64,000 nt of DNA from Desulfobacula sp. (GTDB taxonomy: Bacteria > Desulfobacterota > Desulfobacteria > Desulfobacterales > Desulfobacteraceae): positions 1,825-65,824 of the forward strand of contig JAIFMF010000116.1 of the NCBI GenBank assembly GCA_020048635.1, read 5' to 3'. The notes under the pieces were generated by a model. The model saw nothing but the letters and a program-made list of their open reading frames with translations, was not told the DNA's origin and searched no databases. Both the position numbers and the translations under genes were made by a program. Positions within the stretch are counted from its first letter, which is position 1; each line of letters opens with the position of its first letter. Positions 48,930 to 58,875 of the stretch are shown in pieces.

Positions 48930-49801
48930 AACAGCCTGCAAAAATAATTGTCCAGCTTGTACATATCCATGGCGCCCTGAAAGGAAAAATTCAGGGGTTT
49001 TCCGGTCATGAAATCACCATTGGCCGCAATTCATCCTGTGATCTTCAGTTTCCCCAGGATCTTGTTGTTATCTCACGAAAGCATGCCACCATTGTCAGGG
49101 AAGGAAACCGATTTAAAATAGTCGACCAGAGCACCAATGGAACTTTTGTCAATGGCGAAAGGATAACCGAGGCCTATTTAAAAAACGGTGATGTGATCTT
49201 TTTCACCCAGGACGGACCCAAGGTCAGTTTTCTGACCCAGGTTGATGAGACATCTGATATCCTGACGCCTTCATTTCCCCTGCCGGAGCTTGATACTGAT
49301 AAAACGCCCATTCAATCAGTGCTCCATCAGCCGGTGACTGAACCCCAGGCAGTACCTCCACAATCCGTGTATCACATCGAAACCACCAAAGTTCCCCTGA
49401 TAGTCCAATATGGGCCTGTTCTGAAAGCCTTTAATGAACTTCCCATTACCCTTGGGTCTGATAATACCTGCGATCTGGTATTGGATCACCCTTCATTGGC
49501 CGGTCAGCATGTTCAAATTTTTTTCAGCCAGGGGAGCTACAGGGTTAAGGATCTTACCGGTCGCAACCCGGTTCTGATAAACAGCCAGCCGATCATTTCT
49601 CCTTCCCCTTTAATGCCTGGCGATCAGCTTTTCCTTACATCCAATGGGCCTGCGTTTCATTTTCTGGAAGGCGGTCGTATGGCTGAAATAAACATGCCGC
49701 AAAAAGAGGCGGCCAGTGACAGTGGAAGCACAGCACCCCGAAAAAGCGAGGAGCCTTCGAAGAAGAAAAGTGGTTCCTTGTTTAAAAAGCTTTTTCGGTA
49801 A
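48926..49801 (+). CDS. Protein with two FHA domains
   Basis: FHA1: IGRNSSCD, ISRKHA, DQSTNGTFVNG; FHA2 degenerate: LGSD..CDL, GQHV, DL..RNPV.IN; Pro-rich linker. Confidence 0.88.
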   Translation: MKQPAKIIVQLVHIHGALKGKIQGFSGHEITIGRNSSCDLQFPQDLVVISRKHATIVREGNRFKIVDQSTNGTFVNGERITEAYLKNGDVIFFTQDGPKVSFLTQVDETSDILTPSFPLPELDTDKTPIQSVLHQPVTEPQAVPPQSVYHIETTKVPLIVQYGPVLKAFNELPITLGSDNTCDLVLDHPSLAGQHVQIFFSQGSYRVKDLTGRNPVLINSQPIISPSPLMPGDQLFLTSNGPAFHFLEGGRMAEINMPQKEAASDSGSTAPRKSEEPSKKKSGSLFKKLFR

Positions 49802-49831
49802 GTATTTTTTATGTTTTAAAATCCGGAGTCA

Positions 49832-50962
49832 ATGATGCGCATTATTCAGATGGACGAAATCATAAAGATCAGTAAAGAACGCGCAGATAGAGAAGTCGCC
49901 TTGAGTAAAAATATTTATAACATCCTGAATGGCCCCCGGTGGCTCCCGAAAATTACTGAATTTGTTGCTACCGCCACTTACCAGCTACTCTATCACGGAT
50001 TTGATGAGGCCAAATTGAATGCTGCCATGGCAGAGGAGCCTCGCCTTGAAGTCTGGGGTAAGGGAGTCGGCAACGATTATATAGAGAAGACAAGATACCT
50101 TTGCGAGCATCGAAAGCTCCTGAATGCAGGAGACTGCTCGGATCTTATACGGCTTTTTGGAAGTTTGGTTGAGGATAAAAAACACCTTCTATCCAATAGC
50201 CAACTGGGCTATGTTGATAGAAAGAGGTTGGAAAAGCGTGTTGGAGGCGAGGAGGCTCACTGGGGAGCCTCACGGGCCAGAGGCAAGGCAGGAGAAAAAG
50301 CAAGTGAACCCCGACATGTCATTGCCGGCAGAAATAAAATGCTGGAGCAAAGGCGGCTGAAAGCTTTCAGCGGGATAACACTCACAAGATTAAAAAGAGA
50401 AAGCACGGTGAGGAAAATAGATGTCGCATTTGGATTGCCGGCTGGGTGTGATATTTCCGGAACCACGGCAGACTCTATTTTTTTTGTGGAGCTGATGAGA
50501 GATTTCATCGCCGGCGATGTCCTGGCAAGCATGAACATTACGGACAAGGATATTAAAACCATCCAATTGCTCCCCCTTGCCACCATGGTTTCCCAGGCTC
50601 ATCACACTGTTCTGGAATGCGCCTTGACCCTGACGTTGAACAGATATATGAAATACCATGCTGGCTATTATGACACGTTGATTCCCATTGGCGGTTGCGA
50701 TAGTGAAATCGAAAATATCCTGAAAGATGCCGGTAGAAGAGCTGCTGAAAGCCGATTAAATATTTTGTGTTATTTGAGTCCCAAATTAAAGTTTGAAGCA
50801 TATCAAATGATGACATATGATGAAATTGAATTGTTTAAAAAGATTGCACAGATGACCCATGACACCCTGTTGACATGGAAGGCCAGCCGGTCTCCCCTTC
50901 TTCAGGAAGAAGCGATGGCCATCACCGGAAAGGCATATCTATACCATGTAATAAAACAATAG
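49832..50962 (+). CDS. Hypothetical cytoplasmic protein; candidate T6SS effector
   Basis: No signal peptide or TM; lies directly upstream of vgrG; motifs DISGTT and HHTVLE. Confidence 0.6.
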   Translation: MMRIIQMDEIIKISKERADREVALSKNIYNILNGPRWLPKITEFVATATYQLLYHGFDEAKLNAAMAEEPRLEVWGKGVGNDYIEKTRYLCEHRKLLNAGDCSDLIRLFGSLVEDKKHLLSNSQLGYVDRKRLEKRVGGEEAHWGASRARGKAGEKASEPRHVIAGRNKMLEQRRLKAFSGITLTRLKRESTVRKIDVAFGLPAGCDISGTTADSIFFVELMRDFIAGDVLASMNITDKDIKTIQLLPLATMVSQAHHTVLECALTLTLNRYMKYHAGYYDTLIPIGGCDSEIENILKDAGRRAAESRLNILCYLSPKLKFEAYQMMTYDEIELFKKIAQMTHDTLLTWKASRSPLLQEEAMAITGKAYLYHVIKQ

Positions 50963-51003
50963 CCCGACACTCTGATTTTTCTAACCCTTAACCGAGAGCC
51001 TTT

Positions 51004-52908
51004 ATGTTAACCCAGGAAAATAAACTTTTTTCAATCAAAACACCCCTTGGCAAAGATGTTCTGCTGCTCGCCCGGTTTGGCGGCCAGGAGGTCCTGTCGG
51101 AAATTTTTCAGTTTGATATGGATTTGTTTTCCGAACATCCCTCCATTCCGTTTGAAGATATCATCGGAAAAAATGTCACGGTTTCTATTCTCCTGGCAGA
51201 TGGCAGTAAACGGTTTTTTAATGGTCTGATATCGCGTTTCAGCCGGGAATGTGCCTGCAATGAGCCTGGAGGAAGCCCCTCTTTTTTTGATTATTCCGCC
51301 ACACTGGTGCCCTGGACCTGGCTTTTGACCCGGACCTCTGATTCCCGGATATTCCAGAACCTTTCGGTGCCGGATATTGTTGAAAAAATTTTTCATGAAA
51401 AAGAGTTTTCGGATTTCAAATTCAACCTGACTGCCGCTTATCAACCAAGAGAATATACCGTTCAATACCGGGAAACGGATTTTGACTTTATTTCAAGGCT
51501 GCTGGAAGAAGAAGGGATCTATTATTTTTTTATGCACGAGGAGGGTAAACATACCCTGGTGATGGCTGATCATTCCGGAGCGAATGAGCCCTGTCGGATG
51601 CAGGAATCCGCTAAATTCAAATTGAGTGGCGGCGAGTATTTCAACCGTGGGGATCAGATTGACAGCCTTAAGATGGCAAAAGAGATCCAGGCAGGTAAAT
51701 ATACGTTAAATGATTATAATTTTAACACCCCCAATACGGATCTGAAGGTCACCACAAATACCACAATTGTCCTTGGGCCGGGTGAACGGGAAAAATATGA
51801 CTATCCCGGAGGATATTCTAAAATAGACACCGGAGACACATTAACCAAGATTCGGATGGAGCAGGAAGAATGTCGTATCACCACTTTGAGCGGTACCAGT
51901 GATTGCCGGGCCTTTGCCAGCGGCTATCGTTACAAACTGGAAGACTGTCCACAGGACGCTTGGAATAACCAGGACTATCTTTTGACCCGTATCAGACATA
52001 GGGCTGACCAGTCAGCAACCTATTTATCCGGCGTATCCGCATCAGGAAAAGGGGACATCTATAAGAACGATTTTGATTGTATTGCCCATGGGATACCCTT
52101 CAGACCCCTGCGGCGCACACCGAAACCTGTCGTTAAAGGGGTTCAGACGGCATTTGTTGTGGGTCCTAAAGGGGACGAAATCTATACCGATCCGCATGGA
52201 CGGGTGAAGGTCCAATTCCACTGGGATCGAGAGGGCCAGCACGATGGAAACAGCTCCTGCTGGCTGCGGGTCAGTCAATCCATGGCAGGTAACGGCTGGG
52301 GGGCAATGGTTCTGCCCAGGGTTGGACATGAAGTCATTGTCGAGTTCATCGAAGGTAATCCGGATCGGCCCATCATCACAGGTCAGGTGTATCACGCCAT
52401 CAACCGGCCACCCTATCAATTATCCGATGAAAAAACCAAGAGCACGTTCAAATCAAACAGTTCTCCCGGCGGCGGCGGGTTCAACGAATTCCGCTTTGAG
52501 GACAAAAAGGGTCAAGAGCAGATTTTCATCCATGCCGAGAAAAATCAGGATATCCGGATAAAAAACGATCAATGCGAATGGGTTGGCAATGAACGTCATT
52601 TGACCGTGGTGGGCGATCAACTTGAGAAAACCGGTGGAGATAAGCATATCACGATCATAGGGGACCGCAACGAAAGAATAGGGATGAAATATGTTCTTGA
52701 TGCGGGAGAGGAAATCCATCTGAAAGGGGGGGTAAAGGTCATCGTCGAGTCAAGCATGCAGATATCTCTCAAGGTCGGCGGCAATTTCATTGATATCCTA
52801 CCCTCCGGTATCTCCATCCAGGGGGTTATGGTGAATATCAACAGTGGCGGCTCACCTGGATCAGGTTCAGGATCATCGCCAAAGATGCCAAAGGAGCCCT
52901 CCACATGA
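51004..52908 (+). CDS. vgrG: T6SS spike protein VgrG (TssI), without a C-terminal effector extension
   Basis: VQYRETDFDFISRLLEEEGIYYFF, GRVKVQFHWDR, WLRVSQ..AG..WG...LPRVGHEV.V.F.EGNPDRP, IHAEKN. Confidence 0.96.
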   Translation: MLTQENKLFSIKTPLGKDVLLLARFGGQEVLSEIFQFDMDLFSEHPSIPFEDIIGKNVTVSILLADGSKRFFNGLISRFSRECACNEPGGSPSFFDYSATLVPWTWLLTRTSDSRIFQNLSVPDIVEKIFHEKEFSDFKFNLTAAYQPREYTVQYRETDFDFISRLLEEEGIYYFFMHEEGKHTLVMADHSGANEPCRMQESAKFKLSGGEYFNRGDQIDSLKMAKEIQAGKYTLNDYNFNTPNTDLKVTTNTTIVLGPGEREKYDYPGGYSKIDTGDTLTKIRMEQEECRITTLSGTSDCRAFASGYRYKLEDCPQDAWNNQDYLLTRIRHRADQSATYLSGVSASGKGDIYKNDFDCIAHGIPFRPLRRTPKPVVKGVQTAFVVGPKGDEIYTDPHGRVKVQFHWDREGQHDGNSSCWLRVSQSMAGNGWGAMVLPRVGHEVIVEFIEGNPDRPIITGQVYHAINRPPYQLSDEKTKSTFKSNSSPGGGGFNEFRFEDKKGQEQIFIHAEKNQDIRIKNDQCEWVGNERHLTVVGDQLEKTGGDKHITIIGDRNERIGMKYVLDAGEEIHLKGGVKVIVESSMQISLKVGGNFIDILPSGISIQGVMVNINSGGSPGSGSGSSPKMPKEPST

Positions 52909-52940
52909 AGCAGAATCAGAGCAACAGGGAATAAAAGAAA

Positions 52941-53345
52941 ATGTCGATGCAGGTATGTATGGGGGCAATGCTGAAATGCAGTTTTGGCCTGGCACCAAGC
53001 GCATTTGTGGTGACACCGGAGAAGGGGGTGGTAACGACTACACCCGCTGCAAATATCATGGATCAAGTCCCCATGAAGAACATCATGCCCTTTGGCATGT
53101 GCACGACCCAGTCAAACCCGGCCGTGGCGGCGGCTACCTCGGCAGCCACCGCAGCAGCGAGTGGCGTTTATACCCCAGCGCCGGCTCCCTGCTTACCGGC
53201 AACAACGTCTCCCTGGGTTCCCGGATCACCAACAATGCGCATCGCCGGTCAGCCAGCATTAAACGACACATCAATCTTACAATGTGCCTATGGGGGTGTC
53301 ATTTCAGTGATAAGTCCGGGACAATTTCAGGTCCAGATTCCTTAG
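52941..53345 (+). CDS. DUF4280 PAAR-like spike-tip protein
   Basis: VCMGA.LKCSFG, NIMPFGMC, C.PAT..PW.PG, C.YGG.I; follows vgrG. Confidence 0.9.
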   Translation: MSMQVCMGAMLKCSFGLAPSAFVVTPEKGVVTTTPAANIMDQVPMKNIMPFGMCTTQSNPAVAAATSAATAAASGVYTPAPAPCLPATTSPWVPGSPTMRIAGQPALNDTSILQCAYGGVISVISPGQFQVQIP

Positions 53346-53362
53346 CAACAGCAGCCAATTTA

Positions 53363-56011
53363 TTAAATGAAAAGATATTTAAAACCTTCTCCATCCATAT
53401 CCACTTCAATCTTTTTGACAGGCTCTCCCTTGGCCATCATTGAGAGCATCTCACGACTCATTTCCGGAAGCAGGGTATTGGTCAGAATATGGTCCACATT
53501 CCTTGCCCCGCTATCCACTTCTGTGCAGCGCTGAGCAATGGCATCAATAACCGTCTCTTCATAAACAAATTCAACCTGCCGGTTTTCTTTCATCCTTTTT
53601 TTAATTTTGTCCAATTTAAGCTGAATGATGCGCTTCATATTGTCATCCGTAATAGGAAAATAGGGAACAATTTTCATACGGCCGAGAAAAGCTGGTTTAA
53701 AATGGGCTTGAAGGTCCGGGCGTAGCATCTCTGTAAGTGTTTCAGGGTCAGGAAGGCTTTGTTTATCTCTGCATAGTTTCATGATCAGATCGGTTCCCAG
53801 ATTTGAGGTGAGAATGATCAAGGTGTTTTTAAAATCAATGACACGTCCCTCTCCGTCTTCCATCATGCCCTTGTCAAAAACCTGGTAGAACATCTCTGTC
53901 ACGTCGGGATGCGCTTTTTCAACCTCATCCAGAAGGACAACACTGTAAGGTCTTCTCCTGACCGCTTCCGTAAGCACGCCGCCTTCGCCGTATCCCACAT
54001 ATCCCGGCGGAGAGCCTTTGAGACTCGAAACGGTATGAGCCTCCTGGTATTCAGACATGTTGATGGTGATCATGTTTTGTTCACCACCATAGAGAAGCTC
54101 TGAAAGGGCAAGAGCAGTTTCGGTTTTTCCAACCCCGCTGGGACCGACCAGCATGAATACACCCGTGGGTTTGGAAGGATCTTCAATTCCTGCATGGGCA
54201 ATCTGAATGACTTGTTCAATGGCTTTAAGCCCGTAATCCTGACCGATAATTCGCTGTTTAAGCTGATCGCTTAACGTCAGTACGGTATCAATCTCATCGG
54301 AGAGCATGCTGCCGGTGGGGATTCCAGTCCACCCGGAGATAACACTGGAAATGGTGTCTGAATCCACTTCAATATGAACCAGAGGATCATCTTTCTGTCG
54401 TTCGATGAGTTCTGATTCAAGTTTCATCAGCTCAGTCTGCAGTGCTTCAAGTCCATCACCGGGATTTTCTTCTTCGACATGAAGGTCTTGTATCTTTTTG
54501 TGAAGATCCCGGATTTTTCCAGCTATCTCCATCTCTTTTTCCCATTGATCGGTAAGCCGGGAAAGAGTTTTTTGGGCCATCTCTTTTTCTTTTAGAATGA
54601 CAGTCATTCTTTCCTCATGGTTTTTCCCAAGGGCAGTTTCCTTTTTCAAAATAGCCATCTCACGGTTCAATTGATCAATCTGTCTGGATGCATCTTCAAC
54701 AGAAGGGGGGTTGGTTGTCAGCCCGATTGCAATTCTGGCACAGGCCGTATCCAATACACTGACGGCCTTGTCAGGAAGCTGCCGACCTGAGATATATCTT
54801 GAAGATAGACGGACGGTTTCTTTTAATGCCTCATCAGTAATCATAACCTGATGGTGTTTTTCCAGAAACGGCGCAATGGCCCTCATCATTACCAGGGCCT
54901 TTTCTTCGTCAGGTTCTTCGATCTTTACTACCTGGAAGCGTCTGGCCATGGCCGCATCTTTTTCAAAATATTTTTTATACTCTGCCCAGGTGGTGGCGGC
55001 AATCGTCCGCAGTTCACCCCTGGCAAGCGCAGGTTTCAATAGATTTGCAGCATCCCCTGATCCGGCAGCCCCGCCTGCGCCGATCAGGGTATGGGCTTCG
55101 TCAATAAATAGGATAATCGGCACAGGAGAGGCCTTCACCTCATTGATGACGGATTTTAACCGCTCTTCAAATTCACCTTTAATCCCTGCTCCGGCCTGGA
55201 GAAGACCCAGATCCAGGGTATGAATGGCAACATTTCTCAAGGCGGGCGGGACATCCCCCTGTGCAATTCTCAAGGCAAATCCTTCCACAACGGCTGTTTT
55301 CCCAACTCCGGCTTCACCGGTAAGAATGGGGTTGTTCTGCCTGCGACGAATCAGAATATCCACCATCTGTCGGATCTCAAAATCCCGGCCCAAAACAGGA
55401 TCTATTTCTCCATTTTGCGCTTTTTCGGTCAGGTTGACTGTATACAAAGCAAGGGCCTGAGACTTTCCAGCACCTGGCGTCATGGTTTTTTCCGCTTTCA
55501 GAGATCGGCTGTCCCCGATGCGCGCTTCCTCTTGTTCAGCCGATCCGGAGGTCAGATCAAAAAAAGAGGCTTTCAGAGTTTCGAGAGAAATCTTTTTGAA
55601 AAGAGAGGATGTTGAATAAAGCGCCCTTGAGGATTCCTGGCCAGATAGCAGGGCAAGAAGAATATGACCGGACCGAACAGACGGGGCGGCAAATTCAATG
55701 GATGCAAAAAGCCAGGCTTCTTTGATCATATTGGGGATTCTGGGGGAAAGGGCAGGGGTTCGTGCATTTCCTGTTTTAAAGGTCTCCATGACATCTGTGA
55801 GATCCCTGATAAGGTGGGACTCATTGATTTCAAAATAGGTCAGTATTTTTTTAAAATCCGTATTCTGAATATCTAGGAGTTTTAAGAAAAAATGCTCCAG
55901 TTCAACATCATACTGGGTATGTGAAAGGCAGAGCCCGGCCGCTGATTCCAGGCTTTTTTTACAGATCGTATTCAGTTTTCCGATAAGAGATTTAAGGTTT
56001 GATACAGGCAT
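53363..56011 (-). CDS. tssH: T6SS AAA+ ATPase ClpV
   Basis: Clp-N domain, DPVLGRD.EIRQ..DIL.RRRQNNPIL.GEAGVGKT, second Walker A GPSGVGKT, SGARNV; ATG at 56011. Confidence 0.96.
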   Translation of the reverse strand: MPVSNLKSLIGKLNTICKKSLESAAGLCLSHTQYDVELEHFFLKLLDIQNTDFKKILTYFEINESHLIRDLTDVMETFKTGNARTPALSPRIPNMIKEAWLFASIEFAAPSVRSGHILLALLSGQESSRALYSTSSLFKKISLETLKASFFDLTSGSAEQEEARIGDSRSLKAEKTMTPGAGKSQALALYTVNLTEKAQNGEIDPVLGRDFEIRQMVDILIRRRQNNPILTGEAGVGKTAVVEGFALRIAQGDVPPALRNVAIHTLDLGLLQAGAGIKGEFEERLKSVINEVKASPVPIILFIDEAHTLIGAGGAAGSGDAANLLKPALARGELRTIAATTWAEYKKYFEKDAAMARRFQVVKIEEPDEEKALVMMRAIAPFLEKHHQVMITDEALKETVRLSSRYISGRQLPDKAVSVLDTACARIAIGLTTNPPSVEDASRQIDQLNREMAILKKETALGKNHEERMTVILKEKEMAQKTLSRLTDQWEKEMEIAGKIRDLHKKIQDLHVEEENPGDGLEALQTELMKLESELIERQKDDPLVHIEVDSDTISSVISGWTGIPTGSMLSDEIDTVLTLSDQLKQRIIGQDYGLKAIEQVIQIAHAGIEDPSKPTGVFMLVGPSGVGKTETALALSELLYGGEQNMITINMSEYQEAHTVSSLKGSPPGYVGYGEGGVLTEAVRRRPYSVVLLDEVEKAHPDVTEMFYQVFDKGMMEDGEGRVIDFKNTLIILTSNLGTDLIMKLCRDKQSLPDPETLTEMLRPDLQAHFKPAFLGRMKIVPYFPITDDNMKRIIQLKLDKIKKRMKENRQVEFVYEETVIDAIAQRCTEVDSGARNVDHILTNTLLPEMSREMLSMMAKGEPVKKIEVDMDGEGFKYLFI

Positions 56012-56027
56012 ATCCACTCCTTTGAGA

Positions 56028-57086
56028 TTAAACTGTTTTTCGGGTTGATCGCTGCACATCCTGAAGATCAACTTCCTGAAACGTAATATATGGATCTTCG
56101 ATAAATGTGTATCCCGGACTGGATGCGAATGTGGTCCATCCGAGAAAAGTTGCGTCAGGACTTTTTTGGCCAAGGATACAGTTTGGCACATCTTCCTTTT
56201 TCAGAGATATTCTGATTTCAAATTCAAATTCTATTCCCACCATGTATCGGATTAAAGAGAAAACCGGGAGAAGCAGATCTCCCGTCGGCATGAATCGTTT
56301 ATAGATCTGATAGTCGGCAGGACCCAGGTTTACCCTGAATTTGGTCTGGCACTCCGTCACCTGGCTTCCGCAGACCGCATCTCCACCAAGGGTTGAATTG
56401 GCGCTGCCAAGGCGGGTCAAATCAGCGTCCTCAAAGGGGATTTCCCGCTCCACAAACTGGTCCACCTGGGTTCTTGTTCCTGAAAAATATTCGATGACCG
56501 CTTCAATGCTTGCTGCAGATGCCACGGGCAATGCGAGCAGGCCCGTGTAAAAACTGAGGGATTCCCTTGGAAGTCCCAGCATTCCCACCATTCCAGAGGT
56601 TCCAAGCCCTGAGAGGCTGAGAAGATATCGAGACAGACGGTCCCCGGCTCCGGGTGAGTAGTTTTCAGGGAACCGATGTTTTTTCCAGGCCAGATAAAAA
56701 AGGGAAATCAGTCTATGATGAAAGATATTGAGAAAATCTACAAAGGAATGATCCTTCTTCTTTTCTCTTTCTACGGCAAGTTCGTTGTACCAGTTGGGAA
56801 GAAGGCCAGAGGGACCGATCAGCCCCATAAAGGCCACTTCCATCTCCGTCCGGTTTTGATCACTGTTTTTTCTCAGACCGGAAATATCGCTGGCTGGAAA
56901 GGCAAATCCCGGCTTGACTGAAAAACGGACAGGCTCCTGGCCTGGCTCCAGAGTTTGACCCAGTTTTTTTTTGTCTGGGGCAAATTTTTCAACTAGCTCA
57001 ACAGCCTTGAAAAAAGAAAACTCATGGCATTTTTGATAGAGATCTTTTTCTATGCCAGTATCTGATTGCCGCTTCTCGGTGGCCAT
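56028..57086 (-). CDS. tssG: T6SS baseplate TssG
   Basis: FSFFKAV.L, FMGL.GPSG.LP.WY, F...FHHRL.SLFY.AW.K. Confidence 0.93.
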   Translation of the reverse strand: MATEKRQSDTGIEKDLYQKCHEFSFFKAVELVEKFAPDKKKLGQTLEPGQEPVRFSVKPGFAFPASDISGLRKNSDQNRTEMEVAFMGLIGPSGLLPNWYNELAVEREKKKDHSFVDFLNIFHHRLISLFYLAWKKHRFPENYSPGAGDRLSRYLLSLSGLGTSGMVGMLGLPRESLSFYTGLLALPVASAASIEAVIEYFSGTRTQVDQFVEREIPFEDADLTRLGSANSTLGGDAVCGSQVTECQTKFRVNLGPADYQIYKRFMPTGDLLLPVFSLIRYMVGIEFEFEIRISLKKEDVPNCILGQKSPDATFLGWTTFASSPGYTFIEDPYITFQEVDLQDVQRSTRKTV

Positions 57087-58852
57087 CTTTTGATGTCCTC
57101 TTTATTTTGAATCGTTTTTAAAACAAGCTGAGAAAATGAATTGATTGAAATATACTGGGCAAAAAACCGTTCGAGGACCGAAGCAAATAAATAGAATCCC
57201 GAACCCACAAATTTATCTTCATCCAGGGTAAGCGTTATCTCTATTCCCCGACAGAAAGACGATTTGATCCGTTTTGTAACATGACGGGAGTGCACAGACA
57301 CAATACCGTTGATCTGCTGTTTTGTGGGGGTTGAATTTTCAAAATCATAAAGCTTTAGAATTTCCTTTAATGCGTCTTCCCCACCTTCCACGATGGAGAT
57401 GTAATTGAGAGACAGGTGGGAAATAAGTCGCCACTGCAGGGCTCCCCCGAGAAAGGGGCGTTTTGTGGCCGTGGGTTTGATCAAGCAGGATATTTTTTCA
57501 ACAGGAGCGGCAAATTCCATGGTAAAATCTCCTTCTGCATCACCAAAGGGAAGCCGGGCCGGTAAATCTCTGTTGGTACAGGTCAGATGAAGGGTCAGAA
57601 TATCTGTTCCGGGATCGGTCGGGGTCATATTCAAATCAGAAAAAGACAGGTAAAGTTCTGACCCCTTATCGTCCTTCTTGCCTGACAGTCTGCGCTGAAC
57701 ATGCCAGAATATAGTGGCATCCTTTGAACCACCCTCTGAGAGATGGTGACGTATAGAATAAAAAGGCCTGTACTCTTTCACGGTTTTTCCGGAAACAGGT
57801 GCTGGGCTGACCTGGTCAATGCTATATACTTCCATTGCATGGGACCGCCTTAAATCAGGAGTCACCCGGTATTCTGTTTTTCGCTGTTCAATCCTCATGG
57901 GTTCGGCAATTTTTTTAAAAAGGTTTACGGCTGGAGCTGTGTTCAACTGAAATGTGTCCTGGTTCACAAGAATATCTTTTTTTAGGGATTTGTTCAGATG
58001 TATCTTTACGGTAAGCGATGTACCGATTTTCCTTGAATTCAATTTCTCAAATCCGGTCAAATCAAAAAAGAGAAATTTTTCTGGAAAGGTGAAATACTCA
58101 AAAAGCAGAAGATACCCTGGAAAAGATCGTTTGGAATATGGAAGCATTTTTTCATGGGGGTCAAACCCCACAGTGCGGATACAGCCCGGGTCAAGTGTGA
58201 TGATCTCAGCTTTGCCCTCTGGGTTGGTAAAGGCCATTTCCACATGGCAGACAGTATTAAAAATGAGTTCATACAATTTAAAGATATGCTGATGGGGACC
58301 ATTGAGAAAGAATCGGAGGAATGGGCATGAAACATCCCCAAAATCAATTCCATTGCAGGTCTGAAGCTCGATAACAAGGGTTTGAACCGCTTCTTTGACA
58401 TTCAGTCCTGGAGTATCAAGAAATGCGGACCGGACTGCAATCGGCCGGATGAATACGGGCTGACAAAGGGTAAATCGACAGGGGACACTCTTTACCGGTT
58501 TAGAAAAGAGAAGGGTTCCCTCCTGGATTTCAATCCCTTTTTCAGTAATGCTTTGATTTATGGGATCAAACCGCACCATGGTCATTGAGGGAATGGGATT
58601 GTTGTAATGGGGGTATGTGATCTCCATAAGGGATTCTGTGATTTCAGGAAAATCGTCATCCATCTTTTTATGAATTCTGCCACTGATAAAGGCAAAAGCT
58701 TCAATAAGCCTTTCAGTATGAGGATCTTCACATTTGTCTGGTTCCAGGAGAAGGCGGCCAGCAATTTTTGGATAATTTGCAGCAAATTCTGCCCCCATCT
58801 TCCGGATAAAGGTCAGTTCTCGTTCATAATAATTTAATAATCTGTCGTCCAT
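57050..58852 (-). CDS. tssF: T6SS baseplate TssF
   Basis: LL.YYEREL..IR..GAEFA..YPKIA.RL, DPHTERL.EAFA, YF.FPEKFLF, WRLISHLSLN. Confidence 0.95.
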   Translation of the reverse strand: MDDRLLNYYERELTFIRKMGAEFAANYPKIAGRLLLEPDKCEDPHTERLIEAFAFISGRIHKKMDDDFPEITESLMEITYPHYNNPIPSMTMVRFDPINQSITEKGIEIQEGTLLFSKPVKSVPCRFTLCQPVFIRPIAVRSAFLDTPGLNVKEAVQTLVIELQTCNGIDFGDVSCPFLRFFLNGPHQHIFKLYELIFNTVCHVEMAFTNPEGKAEIITLDPGCIRTVGFDPHEKMLPYSKRSFPGYLLLFEYFTFPEKFLFFDLTGFEKLNSRKIGTSLTVKIHLNKSLKKDILVNQDTFQLNTAPAVNLFKKIAEPMRIEQRKTEYRVTPDLRRSHAMEVYSIDQVSPAPVSGKTVKEYRPFYSIRHHLSEGGSKDATIFWHVQRRLSGKKDDKGSELYLSFSDLNMTPTDPGTDILTLHLTCTNRDLPARLPFGDAEGDFTMEFAAPVEKISCLIKPTATKRPFLGGALQWRLISHLSLNYISIVEGGEDALKEILKLYDFENSTPTKQQINGIVSVHSRHVTKRIKSSFCRGIEITLTLDEDKFVGSGFYLFASVLERFFAQYISINSFSQLVLKTIQNKEDIKRWPPRSGNQILA

Positions 58853-58875
58853 GGTTATTGGGTTTACTTTCTGTT

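Noticed and set aside
52844-53443. 199-aa plus-strand ORF overlapping the PAAR-like gene
   Set aside because: Alternate frame; the DUF4280 frame carries the conserved motifs.
56012-56191. N-terminal extension of ClpV in the ORF track (similar extensions for the MCP, AOR, NifU-like, TlpA, LivM and oxidoreductase genes)
   Set aside because: The extensions overlap neighbouring genes or lack homology-like sequence; downstream starts with RBS-like sequences fit better.
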